The notes beneath the pieces were generated by a model. That model was not told the DNA's origin. It was given only the letters and a program-made list of their open reading frames with translations, and did no database searches. A stretch of 64,000 bases of DNA, taken from positions 143,906 through 207,905 of the forward strand of contig JAGLUP010000002.1 of the NCBI GenBank assembly GCA_023134715.1, given 5' to 3'. The stretch is from Candidatus Parcubacteria bacterium. Its GTDB lineage: Bacteria; Patescibacteriota; Minisyncoccia; Minisyncoccales; JAGLUP01. Both the position numbers and the translations under genes were made by a program. Below, one piece after another: positions 31,128 to 40,711 of the stretch (positions are counted from its first letter, which is position 1; each line of letters starts with the position of its first letter).

Positions 31128-31889
31128 TTATTTTTTTAAACCATCAAGCTTATAAAAAACTACGCCCTCAATGTCTTCCTTTAAAATAGGCCCAAATACT
31201 CTTGAATCTAAGCTTTTATTTCGATTATCTCCTAACACAAAATACTCATTTTTCTTTAAAGTTAAAATTAGATTGCCAGTAGTTGTTCCATTAGCGTATG
31301 GTTCATTTAAAAACTGACCATTAACATAAAGATCATTATCTTTAATTTCTATTTTTTCTCCTGGTAAACCAATAATTCGTGTTATTAAAAATTTATTTTT
31401 ATCTTCTTGTAAACAATAAACAACGATATCTCCATGAATAAAACGCTTATCAAGCTTATTTATCAACAAATAATCATAACTAATATAAGTAGGACTCATT
31501 GCCTCTCCTTTAACAATAAAAGGCGAAGCTATAAAAAAACGAACGGAAATAATAATAACTGAAAAAATCGCAAGCGCAACCGTTCCAGACACAATATATA
31601 TTGCCAATGATTTTTTCCAATTATTCTGATAATATTTTTTTAGAAAAAAATGAAAAACAAAAAATGCAATAATCGTAGTAAAAATTCCTGATAAAAAACT
31701 CAAATTAACAATTTTGAATATTGCTCCGCAAGTAAAACTGGCAATTCCAGAAAATATTAAAATCTTAAAAGAATTTTTATAACTCGGATTTTCAATTTTA
31801 AATAATTTTTTTGTCCAAAGCAAAACGCCAGCAGCAATGATTAAATAAATAAAACTGAAAATTAATAATATAAAAATTATAAGTGCCAT
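31128..31889 (-). CDS. lepB: signal peptidase I
   Basis: GEAMSPT (SM.PT box), GDNRNKSLDSR box E; extended N-terminal multi-TM region. Confidence 0.8.
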   Translation of the reverse strand: MALIIFILLIFSFIYLIIAAGVLLWTKKLFKIENPSYKNSFKILIFSGIASFTCGAIFKIVNLSFLSGIFTTIIAFFVFHFFLKKYYQNNWKKSLAIYIVSGTVALAIFSVIIISVRFFIASPFIVKGEAMSPTYISYDYLLINKLDKRFIHGDIVVYCLQEDKNKFLITRIIGLPGEKIEIKDNDLYVNGQFLNEPYANGTTTGNLILTLKKNEYFVLGDNRNKSLDSRVFGPILKEDIEGVVFYKLDGLKK

Positions 31890-31939
31890 AATATATTAAT
31901 CGTGCTTGGCTGTTGTGTTTGGCTAAGCCAAGCACAACA

Positions 31940-32530
31940 TTATTTCTTAACTTTAAACATTTTTCCGTGTCCGGGAATTACATAATCGGCTATTTCTAAA
32001 ATTCTATCCCTACTTTCTCTTAATGCTTTTTCATCTTTTGCATAAGGGTCTTTGTGTTCTATCAAGCTTTGCTTATCTGTTTTTTGCTCCTCGTTATCCA
32101 TCCACCAAAAGACATCGCCAGCTATTATCACTTTGCCCAAATCCTTTGTATCTGCTAAAACAGAGCAATGAAATTGATCATGTCCAGGCGTTTTAATAAT
32201 TTGAATTTCAGTATTTGGAATCTTGCCCTTGTGTTCCCCTATTTTTCCATCAAAAGAATAAGTATTGCTGTTATCTAAAATAACAGCATTTTCAAAAATA
32301 CCAACCAAAAGAGAATGGTCTAAATGAGTATGAGTTAAAATTACATAATCAATTTGGACTAAAGACAAATTTTCTTTACTTAAAGCGGATAATAATAATT
32401 TTCTGTCCATTCCCGGATCAATAATTATATTCAAATTAACATCTTGAATTAAAGTAGCAGTTGAAGAGGCAAATTCCTCTCCATTTATTTCTCTTGCATA
32501 TCCCTCAATTAAGATTTTAACTTTTGTCAT
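31940..32530 (-). CDS. MBL-fold metallo-hydrolase
   Basis: LTHTHLDH motif, later TPGH and GD..W. Confidence 0.7.
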   Translation of the reverse strand: MTKVKILIEGYAREINGEEFASSTATLIQDVNLNIIIDPGMDRKLLLSALSKENLSLVQIDYVILTHTHLDHSLLVGIFENAVILDNSNTYSFDGKIGEHKGKIPNTEIQIIKTPGHDQFHCSVLADTKDLGKVIIAGDVFWWMDNEEQKTDKQSLIEHKDPYAKDEKALRESRDRILEIADYVIPGHGKMFKVKK

Positions 32531-32572
32531 AATATACTAAAATTTAACCTTTAAGGTTAAATCTCTATAATT

Positions 32573-33226
32573 TTACTCGTTTTCTATAACTTTTTTTATT
32601 TCAGATGTCTTGAAAATTTTTTCCACATCTCTATAGTTAAACTGTTTTCCCTCAACTGTTGTCCATTCTTCTTCTATGCTCTCCCATGGAAATAAATATG
32701 AAAACGGAGATATCCCCTTTTCTTCACATTCCTTCTTGCTTAAATCCCTTGTTTCGTTAGTTAGCTTGCCATAAAAAACAATTTCTACGCCTTCAACTTT
32801 TTGATAAGAATAATCTATATGGTCTGCCGCATAAATTATTTTACAATCTGGAAACATTTCTTTTAAATCTTTCACTGCCATTGACGCTGTAACTCCAAAG
32901 CAATGATTTTGTTCTACTAATAAAAATGTTGGTTTTTCTGGCAGATCTATTTTTGGTAAAGATAGAAGACATCTTAATTCTATTTTATTATTTTTAAAAA
33001 GATATTTATATTGGACAGGAAGCATTCTCAGCAAGCCACACTTAAACGTAAGATAAGCTCCGGGAAAAGCAGCGCCACGAAGTATCGGCACGACAGCATC
33101 TATTTTTATATCTTTTTCTTTAATGTATCCTGCGACTTTGTCATGCAATTTTTCCAAAGTTTTCCCATATTCTTCCCATGAAACTTGTTTAAAATCTTCT
33201 TTTTTATATTTTGCTAAATAACTCAT
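32573..33226 (-). CDS. phosphoribosyltransferase-like protein (degenerate PRPP loop)
   Basis: DAVVPILRGAAFPGAYL resembles the PRT N-terminal hood; LLVEQNHCFGVT sits in place of VDD..DTG.T. Confidence 0.35.
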   Translation of the reverse strand: MSYLAKYKKEDFKQVSWEEYGKTLEKLHDKVAGYIKEKDIKIDAVVPILRGAAFPGAYLTFKCGLLRMLPVQYKYLFKNNKIELRCLLSLPKIDLPEKPTFLLVEQNHCFGVTASMAVKDLKEMFPDCKIIYAADHIDYSYQKVEGVEIVFYGKLTNETRDLSKKECEEKGISPFSYLFPWESIEEEWTTVEGKQFNYRDVEKIFKTSEIKKVIENE

Positions 33227-33241
33227 AAAAAATATATTTAT

Positions 33242-33574
33242 TTAATATAATTTTGCTCCTATTTCAATATCGCGCTCTGGCTGGATTAAAACACATTCCC
33301 CGTCTGAATCAGGAACTCCTAATGTTAAAACTTCTGAAACCTCTGGACCAATTTGTCTAGGAGGAAAATTTACAACAGCAAGAACTAACATCCCATTAAG
33401 GTCTTCTTTGGTATATTTTGCCACAAGCTGAGCGCAGGATTTTTTAATTCCTATTTCTTCGCCAAAATCTATCTTCAGCTTGTAAGATGGTTTTCTCGCT
33501 TCTGGAAAATCCTCCACTTCAATAATTTTTCCTACCCGGATATCTAATTTTTGAAAATCCTCAATTGTCGCCAT
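33242..33574 (-). CDS. csaA: tRNA-binding protein (CsaA/EMAP-II-like OB fold)
   Basis: FQKLDIRVGKIIEVEDFPEARKPSYKLKIDFG..IG.K.S.AQL. Confidence 0.75.
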   Translation of the reverse strand: MATIEDFQKLDIRVGKIIEVEDFPEARKPSYKLKIDFGEEIGIKKSCAQLVAKYTKEDLNGMLVLAVVNFPPRQIGPEVSEVLTLGVPDSDGECVLIQPERDIEIGAKLY

Positions 33575-33616
33575 AAAAATAAAATTTAAAACCCAAGATT
33601 AAATCTTTCAAACTTT

Positions 33617-34468
33617 CTATTCTATTATTTCAGATTCACACCCATTTTTTAGCTCTCGATTCTGTATCTTGTCACAGATAGATGAATTTGGTTTATCAAG
33701 AATAGCGTTCAAATAACATTCGTCTTTCGTATATTGATCTTGTATCTTGTCACAGATAGATGAATCTCTTTTAGCTACAGCGACATTCCTATAACACATA
33801 TCTTTAGAAAGTTGCTCTTCGTCTACTTTGTCACAGATAGATGAATCCTGTTTAGCTATAGCAACTTCCATATAACAAAAACTTTTTCCAAACTGATCTT
33901 TTATCTTCTTTTCACAAATAGATGGATCTCTTTTGCCAGAAGCGACGCCACAATAACAGACATCTTTTATCCTTTGATCTTGCATCTTTTCACAAACAGA
34001 CAGATCTGCCAAGTTTTCAAAGCAATTCCAATAGCACTTATCGATCATTGTCTGATCTTTTATCTTCTCACAAATAGAAAAATCTTTTTTAACTTTAGCT
34101 ATCTCTGAATAGCAAGAATCTTTAAATGATTGATGCAGTTTTTCACAAATTGACAGATCTTGTTTAATTATAGCAACATTCGAATAACAAAAATCTCTGT
34201 TAAATTTATCTTCTATTTTTTTACAAATAGATAAATCTTTTTTGGTCATAGCAACATCCGTATAATAATAAATATAACAAAGGTCTCTTTCCCTTGAACT
34301 CTGCATTTTACCACATATATTTTGAATTTCAGTTTCAGTAAGTGGAAGCAATTTTTTATTTTTTTCTATTGTGTCAATAAAAATAGCCCCGCAAATTATT
34401 AAAATAGCAACTATTCCAATTATTATCAAAAAAACAACTCTTTTTGATTTTGAAAAATAAATATTCAT
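33617..34468 (-). CDS. membrane-anchored protein made of about 8 tandem Cys-containing repeats of about 31 aa
   Basis: N-terminal TM then repeated D.CY..VA..K.D.SIC.KI.D units (e.g. FCYSNVAIIKQDLSICEKL, MCYRNVAVAKRDSSICDKI). Confidence 0.6.
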   Translation of the reverse strand: MNIYFSKSKRVVFLIIIGIVAILIICGAIFIDTIEKNKKLLPLTETEIQNICGKMQSSRERDLCYIYYYTDVAMTKKDLSICKKIEDKFNRDFCYSNVAIIKQDLSICEKLHQSFKDSCYSEIAKVKKDFSICEKIKDQTMIDKCYWNCFENLADLSVCEKMQDQRIKDVCYCGVASGKRDPSICEKKIKDQFGKSFCYMEVAIAKQDSSICDKVDEEQLSKDMCYRNVAVAKRDSSICDKIQDQYTKDECYLNAILDKPNSSICDKIQNRELKNGCESEIIE

Positions 34469-34574
34469 AATTTTTTGGTTTTCTTTGCCATAATTAAAAT
34501 TTAAAACTTACTTTCAATTATTTTACCAAATTAAAAACCTTAAATCAAGAACAAAAAAATCAATAGGAAATTCT

Positions 34575-36182
34575 TTAATTTTCTAAAAATAAACGGGCTA
34601 ATCTTATTTCATCATAGGAGAAAGTATCTCCCAAAATTGCCCTGGCTGGAGCTAATTGCCAGCAACGAGATTCCTGAAAAGCTAAATTTATTTCTTCAAG
34701 AACGCATTCAGGCGGCCGCAAATATTCTAAATTAATATCCGCGCGGTCTTTAACTAATTTTTCCAAATGGCTCATAATAGTTGCTTCTGTTAATTCTCTT
34801 TGTTTAGCTATTTTTTTAATCCCCATTTTAGCGTCAACCAAAGCCTTTGTTTTCATATAAGTTGAAATGGATTTTGCTCCTCCTTTTGGAAGAGATTCTA
34901 AAAATCGCTTTTGTAATTTTCTTTTGTTTGCTTCTTCTATAAATTCAACCGCTTTTTGCGATAATTGTTTAAGTGTTTCATCCAGCTCCATAATATCTTC
35001 ATTGACCAAGAGAGCCAAATCATTCAACCCTTTGAGCTTTAAACCAGCCAAAGAACTTAAACGGGAAAGAGCCACATAGCCCATTCCTTTTAAAAAAGAT
35101 TTAGAAAGGTTAATTTCAGCGGCATCAAGATTCATTCCCTGGCTCTTATGAATTGTTATAGCCCATGCCAGGCGAAGAGGAAATTGATTGATTTCCGCCT
35201 TAATCATATTGTCTTCTTCAATCATCCATCTGGCAGGCGCGACTTCAATACGCTCGCCCCTGAAAGTTTCCACAATAGGCAGGCCTTCATCATTAAATCC
35301 AATAATTTTTCCTAAAGTGCCATTCATATAGCCAGCGTCAAAATTATTTTTCACAAACATCACTTTAGCTCCCTGCTTAAGAGCTAATCTTTCCGGAGCC
35401 AAACAAGTTTTTTTAAGAATAGCCACAATATTTTCATTCCCGTTTGATTTCATATGATAAACAATCTCTTCCTCATTTATTTTATTTAATTCATAATTAT
35501 TAATCGCGTCAACATCAATATTATGGGTATAAAGCCGAACAGGAGCAAGGGGAAAAGTTTTTTCCTCATCTTCCCTATTAAGCAATATTCGGCGAGATTC
35601 CTGAAGATTATTATTCCGAATATGATTTAATAAATCTGCCAGCTCATTATCTTTTTGGCGATGCTGTTCCGCAAGATAGCATATTTTCATATTCATTTTA
35701 GGCCAAATATCTGATTCAATTATAAATTTTGGCTTGCCTTGCTTTTGCACTGGAGGAAGCTGAAAAAAATCTCCTGAACAAACAACCTGCATGCCGCCGA
35801 AAGCTTCAACATTGCCTTTAAACGCCTGGCAGATGCAGTTAACTATATCAAACTGAAAAGAATGAAGCATTGAAACTTCATCAATAATAAGAACATTAGT
35901 ATCCTTAAATTTCTTTCGAAGATAAGATTTTTTTAGCAATTTTTTAATATCCAGCTCCGTGAGTTTTTCTTTTATCCCCAACCCTGACCAGGAATGAATA
36001 GTAATTCCATTCATATGAGTGGCGGCGATTCCAGTAGAAGCTGTCACTGCCACTTTCCTGCGATTCTTTTTTAAATAAGAAATATATTTATTCAATAAAA
36101 AAGTTTTTCCGCTTCCAGGCGGACCAGTTAAATACACATTATGCCCAAGTTTTAATATATCTAAGGCCTCCTGCTGAGTCAT
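34575..36182 (-). CDS. PIF1/RecD-family ATP-dependent DNA helicase with C-terminal HTH-like extension
   Basis: Walker A GPPGSGKT, ASTGIAA, Walker B VLIIDEVSM, GDFFQLPPV, AITIHKSQG. Confidence 0.85.
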   Translation of the reverse strand: MTQQEALDILKLGHNVYLTGPPGSGKTFLLNKYISYLKKNRRKVAVTASTGIAATHMNGITIHSWSGLGIKEKLTELDIKKLLKKSYLRKKFKDTNVLIIDEVSMLHSFQFDIVNCICQAFKGNVEAFGGMQVVCSGDFFQLPPVQKQGKPKFIIESDIWPKMNMKICYLAEQHRQKDNELADLLNHIRNNNLQESRRILLNREDEEKTFPLAPVRLYTHNIDVDAINNYELNKINEEEIVYHMKSNGNENIVAILKKTCLAPERLALKQGAKVMFVKNNFDAGYMNGTLGKIIGFNDEGLPIVETFRGERIEVAPARWMIEEDNMIKAEINQFPLRLAWAITIHKSQGMNLDAAEINLSKSFLKGMGYVALSRLSSLAGLKLKGLNDLALLVNEDIMELDETLKQLSQKAVEFIEEANKRKLQKRFLESLPKGGAKSISTYMKTKALVDAKMGIKKIAKQRELTEATIMSHLEKLVKDRADINLEYLRPPECVLEEINLAFQESRCWQLAPARAILGDTFSYDEIRLARLFLEN

Positions 36183-36280
36183 ATTTTCATTTTATTATTT
36201 TATTTATTTTTGTGAAAAAGGTGGGCTGACCACCTTTTTTTGACTAATGGTTGATGATTGTCAACCAATTGTCAACCAAT

Positions 36281-36839
36281 TCACTGGTTGGCTCTGTGAA
36301 AATTTTTAGCTTCTGCTTCTTCAGTACTACAAAGCCATCTATCTTTTCTAAGCAAATTGATTTTGGTTTTAGAATAATATTTATCTCCGGGCAAATGATA
36401 ATATTTTTTACCCTCCTCGTTTATATTACCTTTAATTACGCATTCTCCATCAAATTGAGATTCTCCGCAAGAACCCCAAATTCCCAAAAAATCTATCATA
36501 TTTATCAATATCAAATTCTAAAACCACATTTCTGTCTAAAACCAGTTCCTCATTTTTTTCTTTTGCCTGAGAACAAAAACAAGTTTCATAATCCGGACCA
36601 TCAAGCTCCGGAGTGTCAATCCCAAGATAGCGGACATTAAAAACCTGGCCGGTTTTAATATCTTTCACCCTGATAGTATCTCCGTCAACCACTCTCCACA
36701 CTTCTACTTCAACCTCTTTAATCCCTCTAACTTCAGAAAGCTTAGATTGATTTTGATAAATATCAAACCCAAACAACAAAGAAAACAAAACCACCAAAAC
36801 CCCCAAAATAATTTTCAATAAATTCCTCCCATTTTTCAT
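36281..36839 (-). pseudogene. secreted thermonuclease (SNase) gene with sunset-type C-terminal domain, internally deleted and frameshifted
   Basis: Frame A (36450..36839): signal/TM + VVDGDTIRV...VRYLGIDTPE...DKYDR then out-of-frame tail. Frame B (36281..36514): GIWGSCGESQFDGECVIKGNI...YHLPGDKYY...RWLCSTEEAEAKNFHR. The middle of the SNase domain is missing. Confidence 0.65.
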
Positions 36840-36953
36840 AAATTTATTGTTTAGTAATTATATCTCTATTCTATCAAAAAATCGCCTTTTTGGCGATTTT
36901 TTTAAATCAGCAACTAACGCAATTAATAAAAGCACGACAAAATAACAATAATC

Positions 36954-37148
36954 TTAAATTTTATGATTGCCCGTTTTTAATCCTCCAAATTTATTTTCAT
37001 AGCTTTTGATTAAATTAGACTGTTCTATATTAGCATCTCTCGCTGCCTTATTTATTATTTTTTTTTGTTCACCTGACGATAAGCTAAAAAAATCTGTTTT
37101 TGATTTATTTGATCCTCTTTTTAGAAATTTGGATATTTTTTTAATCAT
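36954..37148 (-). CDS. hypothetical small protein
   Basis: 64 aa; ATGA overlap with the upstream gene 37145..37666. Confidence 0.3.
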   Translation of the reverse strand: MIKKISKFLKRGSNKSKTDFFSLSSGEQKKIINKAARDANIEQSNLIKSYENKFGGLKTGNHKI

Positions 37149-37666
37149 AATTTTAATCTTAATGATTTAATAGTATATTCCATTCTTAAATGATTGTCAA
37201 TGTCTTCAATATTAAACCAAGTCTTTTCAACTCTATTAGAATAATTTTTTTTAATCAAAAAAATTTGTATCTTATCTTTAAAATCTGCTTTTATCTTTTT
37301 CATATTTTCTTTCGCATTAAAGAATGATTTTATAAATACTTCTTTTGGAACATGTCTGCCTTCTAATTTTTCCCTTTTTTTTGTAAAATCCCATGCAATT
37401 AGAGGGTCTTGGTATATATAAAAAATTGCGGCAATACGATTTTTCTTAATAGACCTCTCTACATTACTATAAGAAATCTTGTAATTAGCAAATGTACCGT
37501 CAATTACCTCCTCCACTTCCACCTCAACAACCTGAAGCTCCTCATTTTCCCCAACTCCAGAAAGCTCAGATTGATTTTGATAAATATCAAACCCAAACAA
37601 CAAAGAAAACAAAACCACCAAGACCCCCAAAATAATTTTCAATAACCTTTTCCCATTTTTAAACAT
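37145..37666 (-). CDS. chimeric protein: nuclease-type signal peptide fused to a zeta-toxin-like C-terminal fragment (no P-loop)
   Basis: First about 45 aa and about 110-150 nt nearly identical to the start of 36450..36839; the remainder (IAWDFTKKREKLEGRHVPKEVFIKSFFNAKEN) resembles the C-terminal half of zeta/AAA_33 kinases; Walker A absent. Confidence 0.4.
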   Translation of the reverse strand: MFKNGKRLLKIILGVLVVLFSLLFGFDIYQNQSELSGVGENEELQVVEVEVEEVIDGTFANYKISYSNVERSIKKNRIAAIFYIYQDPLIAWDFTKKREKLEGRHVPKEVFIKSFFNAKENMKKIKADFKDKIQIFLIKKNYSNRVEKTWFNIEDIDNHLRMEYTIKSLRLKL

Positions 37667-38025
37667 AACCTTATTCTAAATTAATTTTTTAACTTTTATT
37701 TATTTGGCTTTTTATAATTCTAAATTTTTTCTGCAAAGCTAAACTCCGCGGGCAATTAGAGAGTTAGCTATTTTATTATTCTACCCTACCGCTTTTTTGC
37801 TTAAATTTCAAGACAAATAAAAAAACGAAACTGATTGATTTTATTTTAGAGGAAAAAATGGAAACAAAAAAAACAGAGGTTTTGACCCTGCTTTTGCTGA
37901 ACTAACTCCCAAAATTCAAATCATTTCCACCTCATATTTTTTGTTTTTATTGTTGGGCATTGATAAAATGTATTAAAAAATTTAACAACTTTTTCTTTTT
38001 TAATACGACTTAATATAGGTATAGA

Positions 38026-38445
38026 TTATTTTCTGATTTCTTCTCGGGGAGTTTCAAATTTATTAATATACATATCATATAAACTGTTATCTCTAATCAA
38101 ATCGTAAGCAATTCCAAATATCGATAAAACAATCAAAAAAATAGCACCTATTATTAACCCATTTAAAATTTTTACAGATTTATCAGTGAAGGCTTGTTGG
38201 GTTAACATTTTTGATAGTTTTTCTTTCTGTTTTTCTATTTCTTTTGCTTGTTTGTCAAATTGTTTTTTATACCTATTTAATGCTCCTTGAAGTTCCCTCA
38301 TTTCCCTATTGGTATTTTTAATCCACTCAAGTAATTTTAGTTGGCTAATCCTTAAGTCACCCGTAGAACCGACTAATCCCGTCTCCTCTGCTTCTTTTAA
38401 GAAATTAATGGGATCTTTAAAATTTCCTGATTCATTTTTGCTCAT
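38026..38445 (-). CDS. coiled-coil protein with C-terminal TM helix (gene 3 of island operon A)
   Basis: 139 aa; long heptad-like region then LIIGAIFLIVLSIFGIAYDLI; start overlaps the upstream gene by 14 nt. Confidence 0.55.
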   Translation of the reverse strand: MSKNESGNFKDPINFLKEAEETGLVGSTGDLRISQLKLLEWIKNTNREMRELQGALNRYKKQFDKQAKEIEKQKEKLSKMLTQQAFTDKSVKILNGLIIGAIFLIVLSIFGIAYDLIRDNSLYDMYINKFETPREEIRK

Positions 38446-39163
38446 AATTATTCAAAAATTTATTTATATTGTCGTATGTCATCTCTCCGGATGCTTTATC
38501 TAATATTTTTTTTATATCTTCAACAGTCAAATTATATTCATTTATTTTCTCTGATATAGTGTTTATGTCATACCGTAAAACTAATCTTTTATCATCTACT
38601 GGATCAGAAATTTTCCTTAAACTATCAATTTTAATAAATCTATTTATTTCCCAAGTATCGATGTTATCTTTTTCGGTGAATACTAAAGAAATATTTTTTA
38701 TTTTCCTACTTTCAGCAAAATAACAATCTTTTTTTAATAATTGATTTTGCAATATTGTGTTTGAGCTTTCGTCTAAATCTGTGATAAAATCCACTATAAA
38801 TCCTATTCTTCCTATAAACAAGGCTTGATCTTCTATAAAGTAAGAATAAATTTGTTTTACTTTTGATAGATAAATATTTTTCACTTCTTCAAATTTTTGT
38901 TTTTCGCTCACTTGCTGGAAGAAATCAATCCGTGGGATAGCAACATCACAACGAAAGATACCATCTTTTGACTGAAGCATTATTCTAGGAATCTCCAACG
39001 GTGCATCAATGGGCAACGGTAAAATAGTGGGCTCACCGTCAAAAAGAACTCCTGTCTTCACCTTTAAGTCATTAGCAATTTTAACTTTGTCAATGGGATT
39101 AAAGTTTTTAGGAAACAAAGCGAATTGAATTTTTTGAACTTTAAAATTTACACTTGTAGACAT
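38432..39163 (-). CDS. hypothetical protein, no recognisable motif (gene 2 of island operon A)
   Basis: 243-aa uninterrupted ORF, co-directional and translationally coupled to 38026..38445. Confidence 0.5.
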   Translation of the reverse strand: MSTSVNFKVQKIQFALFPKNFNPIDKVKIANDLKVKTGVLFDGEPTILPLPIDAPLEIPRIMLQSKDGIFRCDVAIPRIDFFQQVSEKQKFEEVKNIYLSKVKQIYSYFIEDQALFIGRIGFIVDFITDLDESSNTILQNQLLKKDCYFAESRKIKNISLVFTEKDNIDTWEINRFIKIDSLRKISDPVDDKRLVLRYDINTISEKINEYNLTVEDIKKILDKASGEMTYDNINKFLNNYEQK

Positions 39164-39245
39164 ATTTTTTTTCTTATAAATTAAAAACTGATTTAATTTT
39201 AACTTAACAAATTTTTACATAATTCTGTTGGTCTTGAGCTATATT

Positions 39246-40271
39246 TTACTTCCAGCCCTGACCAATTATTTTCCACATTACTTGCTCCTGCGGAATTTGA
39301 ATTTGACCTTGAGGCGTTTGTTGAGCCATTGAAACTTGACCTCTTTTATATTCTAAAATTAGTTCAAAATAATTTGTTGCTATTTGACTCTCAATAAAGG
39401 CAATTTTGTATTCTTTTCTATTTATTGCTTTGCCCTCGCCTAATTCAATTTCTGGATTCCATAAAACATCCAATTCCATCTCTTTTTTGTATTCTTCGTA
39501 TAATTTGGTAATTGAATCCGCTAACTCCTTATCAGTATAAGTTATAGTTTTAATTCCTAAATCCTCTTTTGCCTCTTTTCTGCCAATAAGGTACTGATGG
39601 GAGTAAAGTTTTTCCGTGAGAAAATCAACAATTTTATCAATTTCTTCATCAGCCATCGGATTTCTTTGGCTCTTTAATAATCGTTTTGCTAAAATTCTAA
39701 TTAAGTTATGAGTTCTATTGACATTTCCGAGAGCCAAAGGATGAATTTGAGGATTTGATTCCATAAATTTATTAAAAATTTTCGTCAAGTCCTCATCATT
39801 TTTAATCCCAAATTTATTTTTCGCTAAATCAAAATAAGCCATTACATCCTCTACGGAAATAGGAATTTTATTCTGCGGATTTTTTGGGTCCTGCGGGTTG
39901 AAAACATTAGCGGTTGAAGGGTCAATTGGCGAAAGCTCAGACAAATCGCTGGTAATAATTTCATCGCCCCCTAAAGCAATCATTGTTGCCGCGCTATGAG
40001 CTTTATATGGGATTAAAACAGAAAAGTTGTCGCAGTATTCACGAATCATTGAAACCAAACGCCAAGGCACCATTGTGTCTCCGCCAGTAGAATACAAAAA
40101 TAAATCAATTTTATCTGTTTTGCCGATTTTTCTTAACTGACTACTGATTACCGGAATAATATCCATAGCAATTCTGGCATTGACTGGTCCCTTTCTATCA
40201 CTGGTTAGATAAGTGATGACTTTTGACCCTCTTTTTTCTTCAATTTTTTTAATTAAATCTTGTGTTGCCAT
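39246..40271 (-). CDS. ClpP/SppA-fold serine protease-like protein (SDH-type 'serine dehydrogenase proteinase' family) (gene 1 of island operon A)
   Basis: DLFLYSTGGDTMVPWRLVSMIREY....VLIPYKAHSAATMIALGGDEII..LSELSPIDP matches the ClpP-fold periplasmic/SDH protease pattern; helical C-terminal half. Confidence 0.55.
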   Translation of the reverse strand: MATQDLIKKIEEKRGSKVITYLTSDRKGPVNARIAMDIIPVISSQLRKIGKTDKIDLFLYSTGGDTMVPWRLVSMIREYCDNFSVLIPYKAHSAATMIALGGDEIITSDLSELSPIDPSTANVFNPQDPKNPQNKIPISVEDVMAYFDLAKNKFGIKNDEDLTKIFNKFMESNPQIHPLALGNVNRTHNLIRILAKRLLKSQRNPMADEEIDKIVDFLTEKLYSHQYLIGRKEAKEDLGIKTITYTDKELADSITKLYEEYKKEMELDVLWNPEIELGEGKAINRKEYKIAFIESQIATNYFELILEYKRGQVSMAQQTPQGQIQIPQEQVMWKIIGQGWK

Positions 40272-40280
40272 ATTATTAAT

Positions 40281-40309
40281 ATAATATCACATTTTTAAAT
40301 ATTTTTCAA
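40281..40309 (-). promoter_or_regulatory. putative promoter of island operon A
   Basis: minus-sense TTGAAA (40304-40309), 17 nt, TATTAT (40281-40286), 10 nt before the ATG at 40271. Confidence 0.45.
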
Positions 40310-40448
40310 CTTTTGGGATGTCTTTAATTTTCCAAGATTTTTCTGAAAAAGGTGACTGGGTTCATTTTTTCTATTTTTTCATTTCTCAAAATGAAATTAA
40401 AAAAATTGAACGAATTAATTCACTAAAAGCTGACGAGGAAAGATAAAA

Positions 40449-40634
40449 CTATTTGCCCTTATGTTTTGTCTTATCGACTAACGTAAAAGTTTTTGCCTTA
40501 CCACCGTAAGGCGGAACTCTATCACCCTTGGAAAGAGTAATTTCAAACTTTGTGCCTGCTGGCCTATATTGGCCAGATTTAGGCGCCTTCTGTCCCGTCT
40601 TAATTCTAATTTTGCGTGATTGTCTATTTTTCAT
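40449..40634 (-). CDS. small basic protein, YjzC-like
   Basis: 61 aa; KTGQKAPKSGQYRP.G....TLSKGDRVPP resembles YjzC-family small proteins. Confidence 0.35.
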   Translation of the reverse strand: MKNRQSRKIRIKTGQKAPKSGQYRPAGTKFEITLSKGDRVPPYGGKAKTFTLVDKTKHKGK

Positions 40635-40711
40635 TTCATTTATTCTAAATTAATTTTTTATTTATTTTTCTAAAGAAAATGCCTGACCCCATTTTTGTTC
40701 ATGAAAAATTA

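Noticed and set aside
36251-36640. Plus-strand ORFs antisense to island genes (36251..36640, 37409..37645, 38309..38503, 38469..38723, 41142..41547, 42603..42848, 47540..48202, 50646..50998)
   Set aside because: They are low-complexity, Phe/Leu/Ile-rich translations of the antisense strand of better-supported minus-strand genes, with no RBS-like motif.
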